DNA from: Crocinitomicaceae bacterium
GTDB lineage: Bacteria; Bacteroidota; Bacteroidia; Flavobacteriales_D; Crocinitomicaceae
Length of the DNA: 64,000 nucleotides
Direction of reading: 5' to 3'
NCBI GenBank assembly: GCA_044361115.1
Contig: JBIKJH010000001.1
Span: 228,593 to 292,592, forward strand
The position numbers were made by a program, and so were the translations under genes. Shown piece after piece: positions 30,580 to 39,404 of the stretch. The notes beneath the pieces are model-generated. The model was not told where the DNA came from and made no database searches. It saw only the letters and a program-made list of their open reading frames with translations. Position 1 is the stretch's first letter, and every line of letters starts with the position of its first letter.

Positions 30580-30831
30580 CTATAAATTCCGGAATATTCT
30601 TTTTATCCCTGCTAAACAAACATATGTTGAAACAAGAAAAATTGCTAAGGTTAGTAAAACAATTATAATTTTTATCCAGTCAATCGATAATAAGTCTGCA
30701 AAAGCCAAACCTATGATTGCAAAAGTGATGGTAAAGAAAGCTAAAGCGATTGAAAAAAAAATCATTTTTTTGAAATGTTCATAGTCCATAATCCAATGGT
30801 TAATTTGAATTTGCAAAGGATGTGAAAGCAT
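30580..30831 (-). CDS. small membrane protein
   Basis: 83 aa with two hydrophobic helices. Confidence 0.45.
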   Translation of the reverse strand: MLSHPLQIQINHWIMDYEHFKKMIFFSIALAFFTITFAIIGLAFADLLSIDWIKIIIVLLTLAIFLVSTYVCLAGIKRIFRNL

Positions 30832-30847
30832 GGCGTAATTATTTGCT

Positions 30848-31066
30848 TCACTGTACTTTTTTAAGAAGAATCAAATTGCCTAATTCACTTTTATGAGCAC
30901 TTAAGGAGCTTGAATTGACATAGTAGTTCAAGGCATTCTTGATTTTGTTTTCCAAGGTGTGTAAAACAAAGAAAACGATCGCTATGAACAAAAGTATTAT
31001 GGATGCTTCCGCTTGTACAAGACTGGTAAGCACATAATAAAAAGTAGTTTCTTTCATAATCAACAT
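30848..31066 (-). CDS. small membrane protein
   Basis: 72 aa with one or two hydrophobic helices. It sits directly upstream of 30580..30831 on the same strand. Confidence 0.4.
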   Translation of the reverse strand: MLIMKETTFYYVLTSLVQAEASIILLFIAIVFFVLHTLENKIKNALNYYVNSSSLSAHKSELGNLILLKKVQ

Positions 31067-31185
31067 TCAGCTTTAAAGTGCGGGGAGGTACCACACAATA
31101 GCATCGTTTTTTTGTAAACCTTTTATTCCTTTGTCACAGATCCATCTGTTAATTCAACTGAGCTGCGAGACGCTAGGCATTTAAG

Positions 31186-32265
31186 TTAATGTGAAATAAT
31201 TAAGGTTCCAAGACATTGTTGCTCACTGAATAACAAATAATATCCATTTGATAGTTCTTGAACAGCTATTTGTTGATTCTCCATGGTACAAACAACTTCT
31301 TTAACGATTCTTCCGTCAAATGAAATAAGCTTGATTCTTTCTATATTTCCCTGGATTTGTATATAATCACTTGCTGGATTCGGAAAAAATGACGGCTGCA
31401 ATTGGCCTATTTCTGGAATAGTCAAATCAATACACGCAATATTCTGGTTATCAAGAAGTGTACTAAAACTTGAAAATACCGTTTGCCTCATTTTTTCTTT
31501 TTGTCCTTTTGTAAACATGTTTTGACATCCAAAATGATAAGACATGAAGTTCTCGATCATATCAGGTGCATCTTCATTCCAAAAGGCAAAATCACTGTTA
31601 CATGTATTAATTGTAATATCTGCTGGCGAGCATGTACTTGAGGGTCCTATATTTTCATTCGAACAGGGTGTGTCATTAATGTTATCTGAGTCAAACGTAT
31701 GTAACAACCCAAAATAATGTCCTACTTCATGTGTTGCTAAATTTGCAAAAATAGAGGCTGATGTTGAAAAGTCTTTATTGATAATACAACCCACTGGCTC
31801 ATTGACTACAAAAACCATATCACCTGGAATAATAGCGTAACCGCCCATAACTTCTGCGCTTTGAGGTCCCCAAGAATAAATCCAAAGATTGAAAAAATTT
31901 GTAACGTCCCATTTTGGCGAAATCATTGTAGGGAATGCAAAATCACCGAATAAACTTGTCATATTCGTTTGTGCTCTAACAATGCCGGAGGTAGACTGCC
32001 CATTAGGATCGAGTGTCGCTAAACAGAGCTTTATTTCCGTGTTGGCGCGTAAGGTGTCAAAAATTTCACGTGAAATCATGGAATTAGTAGATGCTCCTTT
32101 TAAATTTTCATTCACTTGAATCAAAAGTTGGTGAACCTCTGCATCGGTCATATTTTGAGATGCTTCATTGTAGACAATATGAACAACTGTTGGAATTGTC
32201 AGTTCTTGACCAATTGTATTAAAGGAAGCCAGTATTATTGCAAGAATAGATAATTTTCTAATCAT
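31186..32265 (-). CDS. M43-like zinc metalloprotease with a T9SS C-terminal domain
   Basis: Signal peptide, HEVGHYFGLLHTFD zincin motif, and C-terminal FFPNPASDYIQIQG...NGYYLL sorting domain. Confidence 0.82.
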   Translation of the reverse strand: MIRKLSILAIILASFNTIGQELTIPTVVHIVYNEASQNMTDAEVHQLLIQVNENLKGASTNSMISREIFDTLRANTEIKLCLATLDPNGQSTSGIVRAQTNMTSLFGDFAFPTMISPKWDVTNFFNLWIYSWGPQSAEVMGGYAIIPGDMVFVVNEPVGCIINKDFSTSASIFANLATHEVGHYFGLLHTFDSDNINDTPCSNENIGPSSTCSPADITINTCNSDFAFWNEDAPDMIENFMSYHFGCQNMFTKGQKEKMRQTVFSSFSTLLDNQNIACIDLTIPEIGQLQPSFFPNPASDYIQIQGNIERIKLISFDGRIVKEVVCTMENQQIAVQELSNGYYLLFSEQQCLGTLIISH

Positions 32266-32384
32266 CGGACTTAATTTTTAAATTATGTAAATAAGTTTCA
32301 CTTCAGTTAGTGCTTCATGGAGTGGTTCATTATTTATTCAGCCTATTCAGGCTACTTAGTAGGATTTAATTCAGTTGACCTAAC

Positions 32385-33257
32385 TTAAAACTTGTACTTT
32401 ATAATTGGATGATTTGATGATAATTTTCTATACACTAATACATTGAAATTATAATACGAATCTTTTCCATCTTTTCCGCGTGTTTCACCCGTGTAATCAA
32501 TGGTTTCATTTAAAGCTGGATTGGCTAAATAAGCCTCATTTGAATTTTGAAATAGATTTGGAGAACAATAGGTTCCGCCAACATCATCAATATAATCAGA
32601 GTAGGTTTTAAAATAAGTAGCTTCAACTCCTATTTGCCAGTACTTATTTACATTATACTTAGCACCAACTCCAAATGGAATGATTAATGTGTTTCGGCGG
32701 TATTTTGTTTTCCCGGGAATTCTACCTTGCCCTTCTGTACCAATGGGTTGAAGTGCCACCCATTTATCATCAACTTTTGCTTTTGGATTGAAAAAAGTGA
32801 CCCCTAAGCCTGAAAAAACATAAACACTTGATAAAAATTTTTTGGACGAAAATTGCTTATACGATTTATGTTTCGGTTGAAATAGACTAATATTCATTCT
32901 ACTTTCCAAACTGACGTAATTTGATCTAAAGTGTAAATTTCTATTTTGTCTAGAGGGCTCTTGTGTAAATTCGTCATTTCCTTTGAATATTCCGTAGGTT
33001 AAAAAAGAAGATGAACAAAACCACCGATTCAATTCAATCAAATATCCTGCTTTTAAATTAAAGGTAGTTGACCTAAAATCTAAATCGCGCAAACTATGCG
33101 CCTGTCCTAATTGATCCGAGCCACCCAAATCGCCAAGAAACTGATTCAAACCGGCACTTACTGCTATTTGTTTGTAGCCAGTGAAGTCATTAAATTGCGC
33201 TGTTAATTGATTTTGACAACACACGATAACGAATAAAATCCAAAAATACTTTTTCAA
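32385..33257 (-). CDS. outer-membrane beta-barrel protein (DUF6089-like)
   Basis: Signal peptide MKKYFWILFVIVCCQNQLTAQ, beta-strand periodicity, and a terminal aromatic residue (..IIKYKF). Confidence 0.65.
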   Translation of the reverse strand: MKKYFWILFVIVCCQNQLTAQFNDFTGYKQIAVSAGLNQFLGDLGGSDQLGQAHSLRDLDFRSTTFNLKAGYLIELNRWFCSSSFLTYGIFKGNDEFTQEPSRQNRNLHFRSNYVSLESRMNISLFQPKHKSYKQFSSKKFLSSVYVFSGLGVTFFNPKAKVDDKWVALQPIGTEGQGRIPGKTKYRRNTLIIPFGVGAKYNVNKYWQIGVEATYFKTYSDYIDDVGGTYCSPNLFQNSNEAYLANPALNETIDYTGETRGKDGKDSYYNFNVLVYRKLSSNHPIIKYKF

Positions 33258-33314
33258 TGTTCAATGTTTTTAAATTAGTATTCAAAGTTGATTGAACTTT
33301 CTTAAAAACATATA

Positions 33315-33330
33315 TACCTAATCATCGGTA
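33315..33330. promoter_or_regulatory. island 7-2-7 palindrome, upstream of the OMP gene
   Basis: TACCTAA-TC-ATCGGTA, ~60 nt upstream of the ATG at 33257. Confidence 0.5.
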
Positions 33331-33351
33331 AAATCAACTATTTTTTTCTTT

Positions 33352-33372
33352 TACCTAGCAATAGGATGGGTA
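33352..33372. promoter_or_regulatory. island 7-2-7 palindrome plus an extra half-site, heading unit A
   Basis: TACCTAG-CA-ATAGGAT, overlapped by ATGGGTA. Confidence 0.5.
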
Positions 33373-33492
33373 TAAAAAGCCGATAACAATTAATTTTGGT
33401 CTGATTACATAGGACTGATCATATGAGTAGTAGTTAGGAGACATTGGTAACATTGTCGAAAATGGGTTCATTCATTTGAACCCATTTTTTTT
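33373..33492 (+). ncRNA. candidate small RNA, unit A (motif, then ~110 nt, then terminator)
   Basis: No ORF longer than 5 codons. It ends in aaatgggttc-attcattt-gaacccattt followed by a T-tract (33460-33492). Confidence 0.4.
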
Positions 33493-33729
33493 ATCCATTT
33501 AGCTCCGAAGCAACTGATTTGAAAATCGTTAAACGACATTCGAAAGAAACCATCAATTGAAGAATGCTTTACATAAAAAGAAACTCTTGAGAAGCGTTTG
33601 AATGAATATCTCCCTAAAATTGCGCGCATTTCAGAGGTGTAAATTGAACCGTAATAAATTATTGAAACCGAATTACAAGGATAACAGAACGTTCATAATT
33701 ACACCATCACCTAAAAATAGAATAGTTGC

Positions 33730-33903
33730 TCAAAGAAATACCAACACTGCTTCTACTGCAATAGTACCATTGGCTTCTAATTGCAATAATTGTCCAGTTT
33801 GAATTGTAGTAGGATGGTTTCCTACTTTTACTTGGGAAGCTGTCCTTGTTGTAAATACTCCTACTAGAAGAAGTAAGAGTAAATAATTGTTTGATTTGTT
33901 CCT
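33730..33903 (-). pseudogene. orphan 5' fragment of a paralogue of the glycine-rich gene (35230..36693)
   Basis: The reverse strand reads (AGG)NKSNNYLLLLLLVGVFTTRTASQVKVGNHPTTIQTGQLLQLEANG...stop. Compare MNKSNSYLFLLLLVGLFTTKAAAQVKIGNNPTTIGNSSLLELES. AGG replaces the ATG. Confidence 0.7.
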
Positions 33904-33917
33904 GCTATATTAGGTTA

Positions 33918-35162
33918 TTAATTCATTTCTTCTAGTACCCAAGTACTATTTGTATTCTTTAAATAATAAAGCGAAGGGGTACCTCTGGTAACATATTTTA
34001 AATAGCTATCTTTTTCCTCCGGGTGATAAAAAACTATGCTAGGATATTTATCTTCTTCAATTTGTGTACTTTCGGTTTCACACTTGGTACAAATGGCTAA
34101 CACCTTCTGTGTGGTATTTTTTAGTTGTTCTAATACCTCTTTACACGAACCACAACTGTTAGAATAAAAAAGTAGCACAATTTTATTCTCGTTTGTTTGA
34201 ATGAAGGATTTTATAGGTATTGGAATATCAAAAGGTTGTCCTATTTTAAAATTTTCATGCATTAAAAGTTTGGATTCCCATGCAATTAATTGATTTTCAC
34301 TAGCCTTTTTTAGTTGTAACATTTTTTTTAGAGCTATAACAAAATAAGTATTAGTACTATTATAATCGTAATTAGTATTAATCCAGTTATCTATAAAGAC
34401 TATGCCTTCTTCGGTTTTACCGATGTTAAAAAGTAAACTATCTATAAAACCTTCAAAATGGCTGAGCTCATTTTCATGCACTTTTTTCTGGTCTATCCAC
34501 CATTTATTTAAAACCCTATTCATCAATGGCGTATGAAATAAATAGGATTCATTGGGTGTAAGATTGTTCCAAAATGTACTTAAATAGACACTATTATCTG
34601 AATTTTCTAGATACATTAAATAATTATCCCATTGGGTACTGTTGTTTTTTATACTCTCCTCCAGCTCCTTTAGCTGTTGATTAATGTTTTGACCCAAAGT
34701 ATCTTTAAGGTTAAACAAACCGTAATCTTTGAAAACCAATTGATTATCGATATTAAATTTTAGCTGTTGCTGGAGTAAATTCCATTTAAATTTCGATTGG
34801 TTAAGTACAAACGATTGCGGCGCATTATCAAAAAACACATAATTGTTAGATGGATTCCAAAAAATAGTGTGTGTATTTTCATTACTGTCTATCACTACAT
34901 CTATAAAAGAAGATTCTTGAAGTATATGATCCTTAGCATAATAAATAGAGTAGATGCCCTCCTTAAGGGTTCGAACATCTAATATTGCTTTACCCTCCGT
35001 TACATTGGCTTGACTAAGGGGTTGATTTTTGGTATTGTTTGGGTAATATGAAAACAAATACACATGTCCTTCCTTAAAAGCAGGAGGTAAATACACTGTT
35101 ATTTGAGCCCTTGCAGACACCAAACACACAAAGCATAGCGCTATGTAAATTAACTTTTTCAT
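33918..35162 (-). CDS. secreted thioredoxin-fold protein (CGSC) with an N-terminal domain of unknown function
   Basis: Signal peptide MKKLIYIALCFVCLVSARAQ. The C-terminal region LLFYSNSCGSCKEVLEQL...TPSLYYL is thioredoxin-like. Confidence 0.75.
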   Translation of the reverse strand: MKKLIYIALCFVCLVSARAQITVYLPPAFKEGHVYLFSYYPNNTKNQPLSQANVTEGKAILDVRTLKEGIYSIYYAKDHILQESSFIDVVIDSNENTHTIFWNPSNNYVFFDNAPQSFVLNQSKFKWNLLQQQLKFNIDNQLVFKDYGLFNLKDTLGQNINQQLKELEESIKNNSTQWDNYLMYLENSDNSVYLSTFWNNLTPNESYLFHTPLMNRVLNKWWIDQKKVHENELSHFEGFIDSLLFNIGKTEEGIVFIDNWINTNYDYNSTNTYFVIALKKMLQLKKASENQLIAWESKLLMHENFKIGQPFDIPIPIKSFIQTNENKIVLLFYSNSCGSCKEVLEQLKNTTQKVLAICTKCETESTQIEEDKYPSIVFYHPEEKDSYLKYVTRGTPSLYYLKNTNSTWVLEEMN

Positions 35163-35176
35163 ATTCTGTTTTAGTA

Positions 35177-35218
35177 AACAGCAACACCCCATTTCTTTGT
35201 GAATGGGGTGTTACTGTT
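35177..35218 (-). terminator. intercistronic hairpin (15-bp stem, one mismatch)
   Basis: aacagcaacacccca-tttctttgtgaa-tggggtgttactgtt, between the stop at 35230 and the start at 35162. There is no clear U-tract. Confidence 0.4.
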
Positions 35219-35229
35219 TGTATTTTATA

Positions 35230-36693
35230 TTAAGGGCAGGTATAAGTAATTACAACCCTTCCATCACCACCAGAACCTCCAGTTGAATCATTACAAGCAG
35301 AATTTATTCCCCCTCCAGCTCCTGAGCCACCTGGTTGTGCACCATTACCTCCATTTCCACTTGAAGATGTACCACCAGCCCCTCCTGAAGGACCCGCACC
35401 AGCTACTCCTCCTCTTCCATTGACATTACAAGATGAAAAAGTGCCATTTACACCACTAGCTCCATTAGTATTTACATCTCCTCCTGTAGCCGTAACAGCA
35501 ACACCGCCTCCAAAAGGAGTAGTACCTTCACCGCCACGACCGCCACGTGCAGTTATGGTGTTAGAGGCATAAGTAATAATAGAATTGCCCCCTGCAACTC
35601 CATCCGCTGTAGTTATACCTCCACTACCTCCATTACCTACAGTATAGCTTATGCTAGTATTACCTGATGAAACCGTATAAAGTTTTAGGGTATAAGCACC
35701 ACTACCCCCTGAACCTCCGATTTGATCGGGTGCACAACCCCCGCAAGCGCCACCGCCACCACCGCCAGCGCCATACGCTTCTGCTTGGAATGATACGATA
35801 TCTGTGCCAGGAATTGTAAGAGTGCCTGAACCTGATGAATTGAAGGTTCTCCTGTAGTCATTAACTGTATATAGTTTTCCAACTCTATAATTGGTGCCAG
35901 TTTTTAAAGCATGTATGTAAACATTACCTGTATTTACTCCTGTTAGCAAACCAGTAGATGAGTTAATAGTAGCATTACCGGTATTATTCGATACCCAACT
36001 AGACAAACCTGTTCCTGTAGCAGTTTGTGTACAGGTCGTTAAAATAGTTTTACTTAAGGTAGGCGTTACAGTTACATCTAAGGTATTTGAACAGGTTAAC
36101 CCATTCTTTACAAAAGTAGCAGTTACCACCCCTGTTGATGGCACTGTGCCGCCTAGGGTGTAGGTAATGGTGAGCGAACCACCACCTGGTATTGCAGTAG
36201 TGGTAGAAGGAGATACAGAAGCGATGGTTAAACCCGATGCCCCTGATAATGTTACATCAGATGTAGCAGGTGTAATAGAACCCTCAAACAAAGAATTGTT
36301 TACTAACGTTACTTTAAAAGATTTAGCTCCTAAAATACTTACAGACTCCCCAGGTGCATAAGTACCCAGAAAACCATTGGTGTTAGGATCGCAGTTGGCA
36401 GAAATTGCACTTGGACCACCCCCACTTAGGCAACCCGACCATGCTCCGTTTTCATAACTTTTTGCGCATTTAGACGACATGTCATACACAAACATTCCAT
36501 CTACAGGGTTTGCTATAGCACTGGTATTTGCAACTCTGGGTAATACTAGCCCTTTGTTGGTGCTTTCCAGTTCTAACAGCGAACTGTTGCCGATGGTGGT
36601 AGGGTTGTTACCAATTTTTACTTGGGCAGCAGCCTTTGTTGTAAATAATCCTACTAATAGTAGTAAGAATAGATAACTGTTTGATTTGTTCAT
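35230..36693 (-). CDS. secreted protein with a C-terminal glycine-rich domain (phage-fibre-associated type); distant member of the island N-terminal family
   Basis: Signal peptide, then QVKIGNNPTTIGNSSLLELESTNKGLVLPRV. C-terminal AYGAGGGGGGACGG..GGSGGSGAY..VGNGGSGG..ARGGRGGEG..GGAGG..GGSGGDGRVVITYTCP. Confidence 0.8.
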   Translation of the reverse strand: MNKSNSYLFLLLLVGLFTTKAAAQVKIGNNPTTIGNSSLLELESTNKGLVLPRVANTSAIANPVDGMFVYDMSSKCAKSYENGAWSGCLSGGGPSAISANCDPNTNGFLGTYAPGESVSILGAKSFKVTLVNNSLFEGSITPATSDVTLSGASGLTIASVSPSTTTAIPGGGSLTITYTLGGTVPSTGVVTATFVKNGLTCSNTLDVTVTPTLSKTILTTCTQTATGTGLSSWVSNNTGNATINSSTGLLTGVNTGNVYIHALKTGTNYRVGKLYTVNDYRRTFNSSGSGTLTIPGTDIVSFQAEAYGAGGGGGGACGGCAPDQIGGSGGSGAYTLKLYTVSSGNTSISYTVGNGGSGGITTADGVAGGNSIITYASNTITARGGRGGEGTTPFGGGVAVTATGGDVNTNGASGVNGTFSSCNVNGRGGVAGAGPSGGAGGTSSSGNGGNGAQPGGSGAGGGINSACNDSTGGSGGDGRVVITYTCP

Positions 36694-36726
36694 AATATAT
36701 TATTTATTTTTAGTTTAAGTTTTTTT

Positions 36727-36799
36727 TCTTTGTGTTCTTTGTGTTCTTTGTGTTCTTTGTGTTCTTTGTGTTCATTGTGTTCTTTTTGTCTTTGTAGTG
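36727..36799. repeat. 9-bp tandem repeat (gtgttcttt, about 6-7 units)
   Basis: tctttgtgttctttgtgttctttgtgttctttgtgttctttgtgttcattgtgttcttt... It directly abuts the homology breakpoint of the neighbouring gene fragment. Confidence 0.85.
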
Positions 36800-36845
36800 T
36801 TTTTTATTTACCAAGGAGGCACTGAGGGCCCTGAGATTTTTAGTT

Positions 36846-37033
36846 TTTAGTTCATTTCCTGTTAAGCGAGGAGCCATAATACCATCTGCAATGGTCGTAG
36901 CTCAAGGGTCTCCAACAACCTGAAGCCTTGTATGCGGACTTATCGTTCCTTCGCCAACTTGTGCATGTACTTGTGCGCTGAAAAAGAGTGCACTGAAAAA
37001 GAGAATGTTTGTTTTCATAAAGTTGTATTTCAT
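36846..37033 (-). pseudogene. orphan 5' fragment of a tail-fibre-like paralogue (in-frame stop, truncated)
   Basis: MKYNFMKTNILFFSALFFSAQVHAQVGEGTISPHTRLQVVGDP*ATTIADGIMAPRLTGNELK. There are long identical nucleotide runs with 38684-38800, for example ttcatttcctgttaagcgaggagccataat. Confidence 0.8.
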
Positions 37034-37063
37034 ATATTATTTGGTTTGCTTTTATTTACTAAT

Positions 37064-37101
37064 TCAAAGAAATCGAATCTAAGCTGATTCGATTTCTTTG
37101 A
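37064..37101 (-). terminator. 14-bp perfect hairpin 22 nt after the stop of the 37123 gene
   Basis: caaagaaatcgaat-ctaagctg-attcgatttctttg. There is no U-tract on either strand. Confidence 0.45.
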
Positions 37102-37122
37102 AATGGGATTAAAAAAATGGGT

Positions 37123-38853
37123 TTACTTCTTTGTTAATTTCTCTACCAAGCCCTTCAACTCGTCTAGTTGTTTTTGCTGGTCTTCTAGCTGGACTTGTTG
37201 CTTTTCTATTTGGACTTGTTGATTAACATTCTGAGCTTGCTGTTTTTCTAGTTGTAACAACAATCCCTTTGTAGCACTCAAATTAAGTATGGTAAGACGG
37301 TCATAATCTATATTGCGGAAATCTGACACCTCTTTACCATAGACAAATGCTTCTTTAGTAGTTAACTTAGTGTTGATACTTAGTTGATTGTTAGCTGTAG
37401 CTACAACTTGCGCTGTTTTCTCGGTTTCTACTTTGTTTTCCAACACATAAAACTTAATTACATCACCCACCGCAATATCACTGCTATTAATTCCCATAAA
37501 AACAGTTTGTTCTCCAACGGTTTTTACCTCAGCTTTGCTGTATACATTGGGGATGAATTCTTTGCCTTTTAATACTGCTTCTGGAAATACGGCCTCTACA
37601 TCTTGCGCAAAAACACCTGTTTTGATGCCATCACCTTTTGTTTTTGTATCTTTATAACTGTATTTTAAGATGTTTAATTTAGCAACGGTGTTTAACGACG
37701 CCATATGATCTACTGTTCCTTGTTTTACTTTAATACGTGCATCCGAATAGGCTCTAAATTCATGACCTGTTGCAATCAGACCTGTAGCGTAGATACTCGC
37801 AGGTGTATTAACCGATGAAGCTGTTCCATTGCCTACATTGTTTAAGTATCCATAGTTACCAGACATGTTACTTCCACCTACTCCATTTACGTGAAGCTTT
37901 GCAATAACAGTAGTTGTATTTATACCCACATTTCCTGCGGTAGTAATCATTAATCGAGGTTGCCCAACTGATTCATCCGCAATAGCAAAGGAACCAACAA
38001 AATCTGGTCTTGAAGCCACAGACCACGTTCTATTTGTGCCTACACTTTCTAAATACAAGGCACTTGAAGCATAATTGCCACTTGTACCTTTTATGTGTAA
38101 CCTTGATAAAGGCGTAGTTATACCCATTCCAATATAACCGTCGTCTGTAATTCTCATCCTCTCTACAGCGACAGAACCAGCTGGAGATGAACCAAAGGCT
38201 AAATGATGATTATGGTTTATAGAACCTGTATGGATACCTTCGATATATGCACCTCTTCCAGATCCTGAACCCATTAGAATTCTTGAACTGTGACTTACAC
38301 CTGTCCCACCAGTGGAATTATTGCCTATGACCAATCCTGGAAATATATTTGATACAGAAGAACCTCTGATCTCCAAACTTAGGTTTGGAGTATTGGTACC
38401 AATTCCAACTCTGTCGTTCGTTCCATCAATAAACAAGGTGTTGTTATCAAAATTTAGGTTATCGGTTACACCTACGGTTCTTCCCGCTCCGACTGTTCCG
38501 TTGGTGGTGTATAGGTTTTCCATTGCTGTTCCAGGTACCAATTTTTGCCAAACCGTTCCATCGAAATAGTAGTAACCCACCGATAAAACATTCGCTGTTT
38601 TGGTGGTTGGACCTGTAACGGCAGATGTTATGTAGACCATGGCACCGATTTCATCCGTTCCGTAAACTGCATCCTTCGCTTTTAGTTCATTTCCTGTTAA
38701 GCGAGGAGCCATAATGCCATCTGCAATGGTCGTAATTCCGGGGTCTCCAACAACCTGAAGCGTTGTCTGCGGACTTGTCGTTCCTACGCCAACTTGACTT
38801 TGCGCGTATTGGTTTACGGATATTAGTGCAGCGATAATAAAAATTTGTTTCAT
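37123..38853 (-). CDS. tail-fibre-like secreted protein with a C-terminal S74 intramolecular-chaperone domain (P1)
   Basis: The ATG at 38853 gives the signal peptide MKQIFIIAALISVNQYAQSQ. Repeated G.VGIGT..P...L.V.G motifs are present. Also SDARIK...GVFAQDVEAVFPEAV (endosialidase-chaperone signature) and a terminal coiled coil. Confidence 0.85.
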   Translation of the reverse strand: MKQIFIIAALISVNQYAQSQVGVGTTSPQTTLQVVGDPGITTIADGIMAPRLTGNELKAKDAVYGTDEIGAMVYITSAVTGPTTKTANVLSVGYYYFDGTVWQKLVPGTAMENLYTTNGTVGAGRTVGVTDNLNFDNNTLFIDGTNDRVGIGTNTPNLSLEIRGSSVSNIFPGLVIGNNSTGGTGVSHSSRILMGSGSGRGAYIEGIHTGSINHNHHLAFGSSPAGSVAVERMRITDDGYIGMGITTPLSRLHIKGTSGNYASSALYLESVGTNRTWSVASRPDFVGSFAIADESVGQPRLMITTAGNVGINTTTVIAKLHVNGVGGSNMSGNYGYLNNVGNGTASSVNTPASIYATGLIATGHEFRAYSDARIKVKQGTVDHMASLNTVAKLNILKYSYKDTKTKGDGIKTGVFAQDVEAVFPEAVLKGKEFIPNVYSKAEVKTVGEQTVFMGINSSDIAVGDVIKFYVLENKVETEKTAQVVATANNQLSINTKLTTKEAFVYGKEVSDFRNIDYDRLTILNLSATKGLLLQLEKQQAQNVNQQVQIEKQQVQLEDQQKQLDELKGLVEKLTKK

Positions 38854-38958
38854 GAAAAATTGAAATAGAGTGAATAAATGGACCACGTTGTTTAATCGTT
38901 ATTTGCTTAACCAATTCAAATAATGCGTGAAATTAGCTGGGTCTGCCTTAGGGGGGTA

Positions 38959-38974
38959 TACCTACTACTAGGTT
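38959..38974. promoter_or_regulatory. island 7-2-7 palindrome upstream of P1
   Basis: TACCTAC-TA-CTAGGTT, ~105 nt upstream of the ATG at 38853. Confidence 0.5.
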
Positions 38975-39338
38975 ATTTCACTAATTGGTTGAATAACTTT
39001 CAATTGCACCTAAATCTCTGCAGCGACAAACAAGCTGATTTGAGTCAATGAATGAATGGATTGATTCTTTCCTGTAAAAATAACGCTAACGAAGTTTAGT
39101 TGATTGTATATTATTTGGATGGTTGTGTACGTGCTGACAAACTTCTTCCGCGATACATTGTATCACTCCGATTCTTTATTCACCAGTGTTTCCAATTGCT
39201 TTTTGAAAAAGTTGGATTTGTTAAATAAGTCTCAATATTCGGGATTTTAAAATAGTTGGGGTTATCCATTTCCCATTTAATTAAAAAAATTAATTTTATG
39301 CCCTTAAATATTGATTATGAATAACATTACTACCATAA

Positions 39339-39370
39339 TACCTAATATTGGGTATACCTACCAATGGGAT
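39339..39370. promoter_or_regulatory. two abutting island palindromes upstream of the sensor kinase
   Basis: TACCTAA-TA-TTGGGTA, immediately followed by TACCTAC-CA-ATGGGAT. The second ends 35 nt before the ATG at 39405. Confidence 0.55.
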
Positions 39371-39404
39371 AATCGCATTAGTTTTGGTCTTAAATAAAAA
39401 TAAA

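Noticed and set aside
33602-33802. 66-aa plus-strand ORF from the track
   Set aside because: It lies antisense to the clearly homologous orphan fragment of the P4 N-terminus and has no signal or domain features. It is probably spurious.
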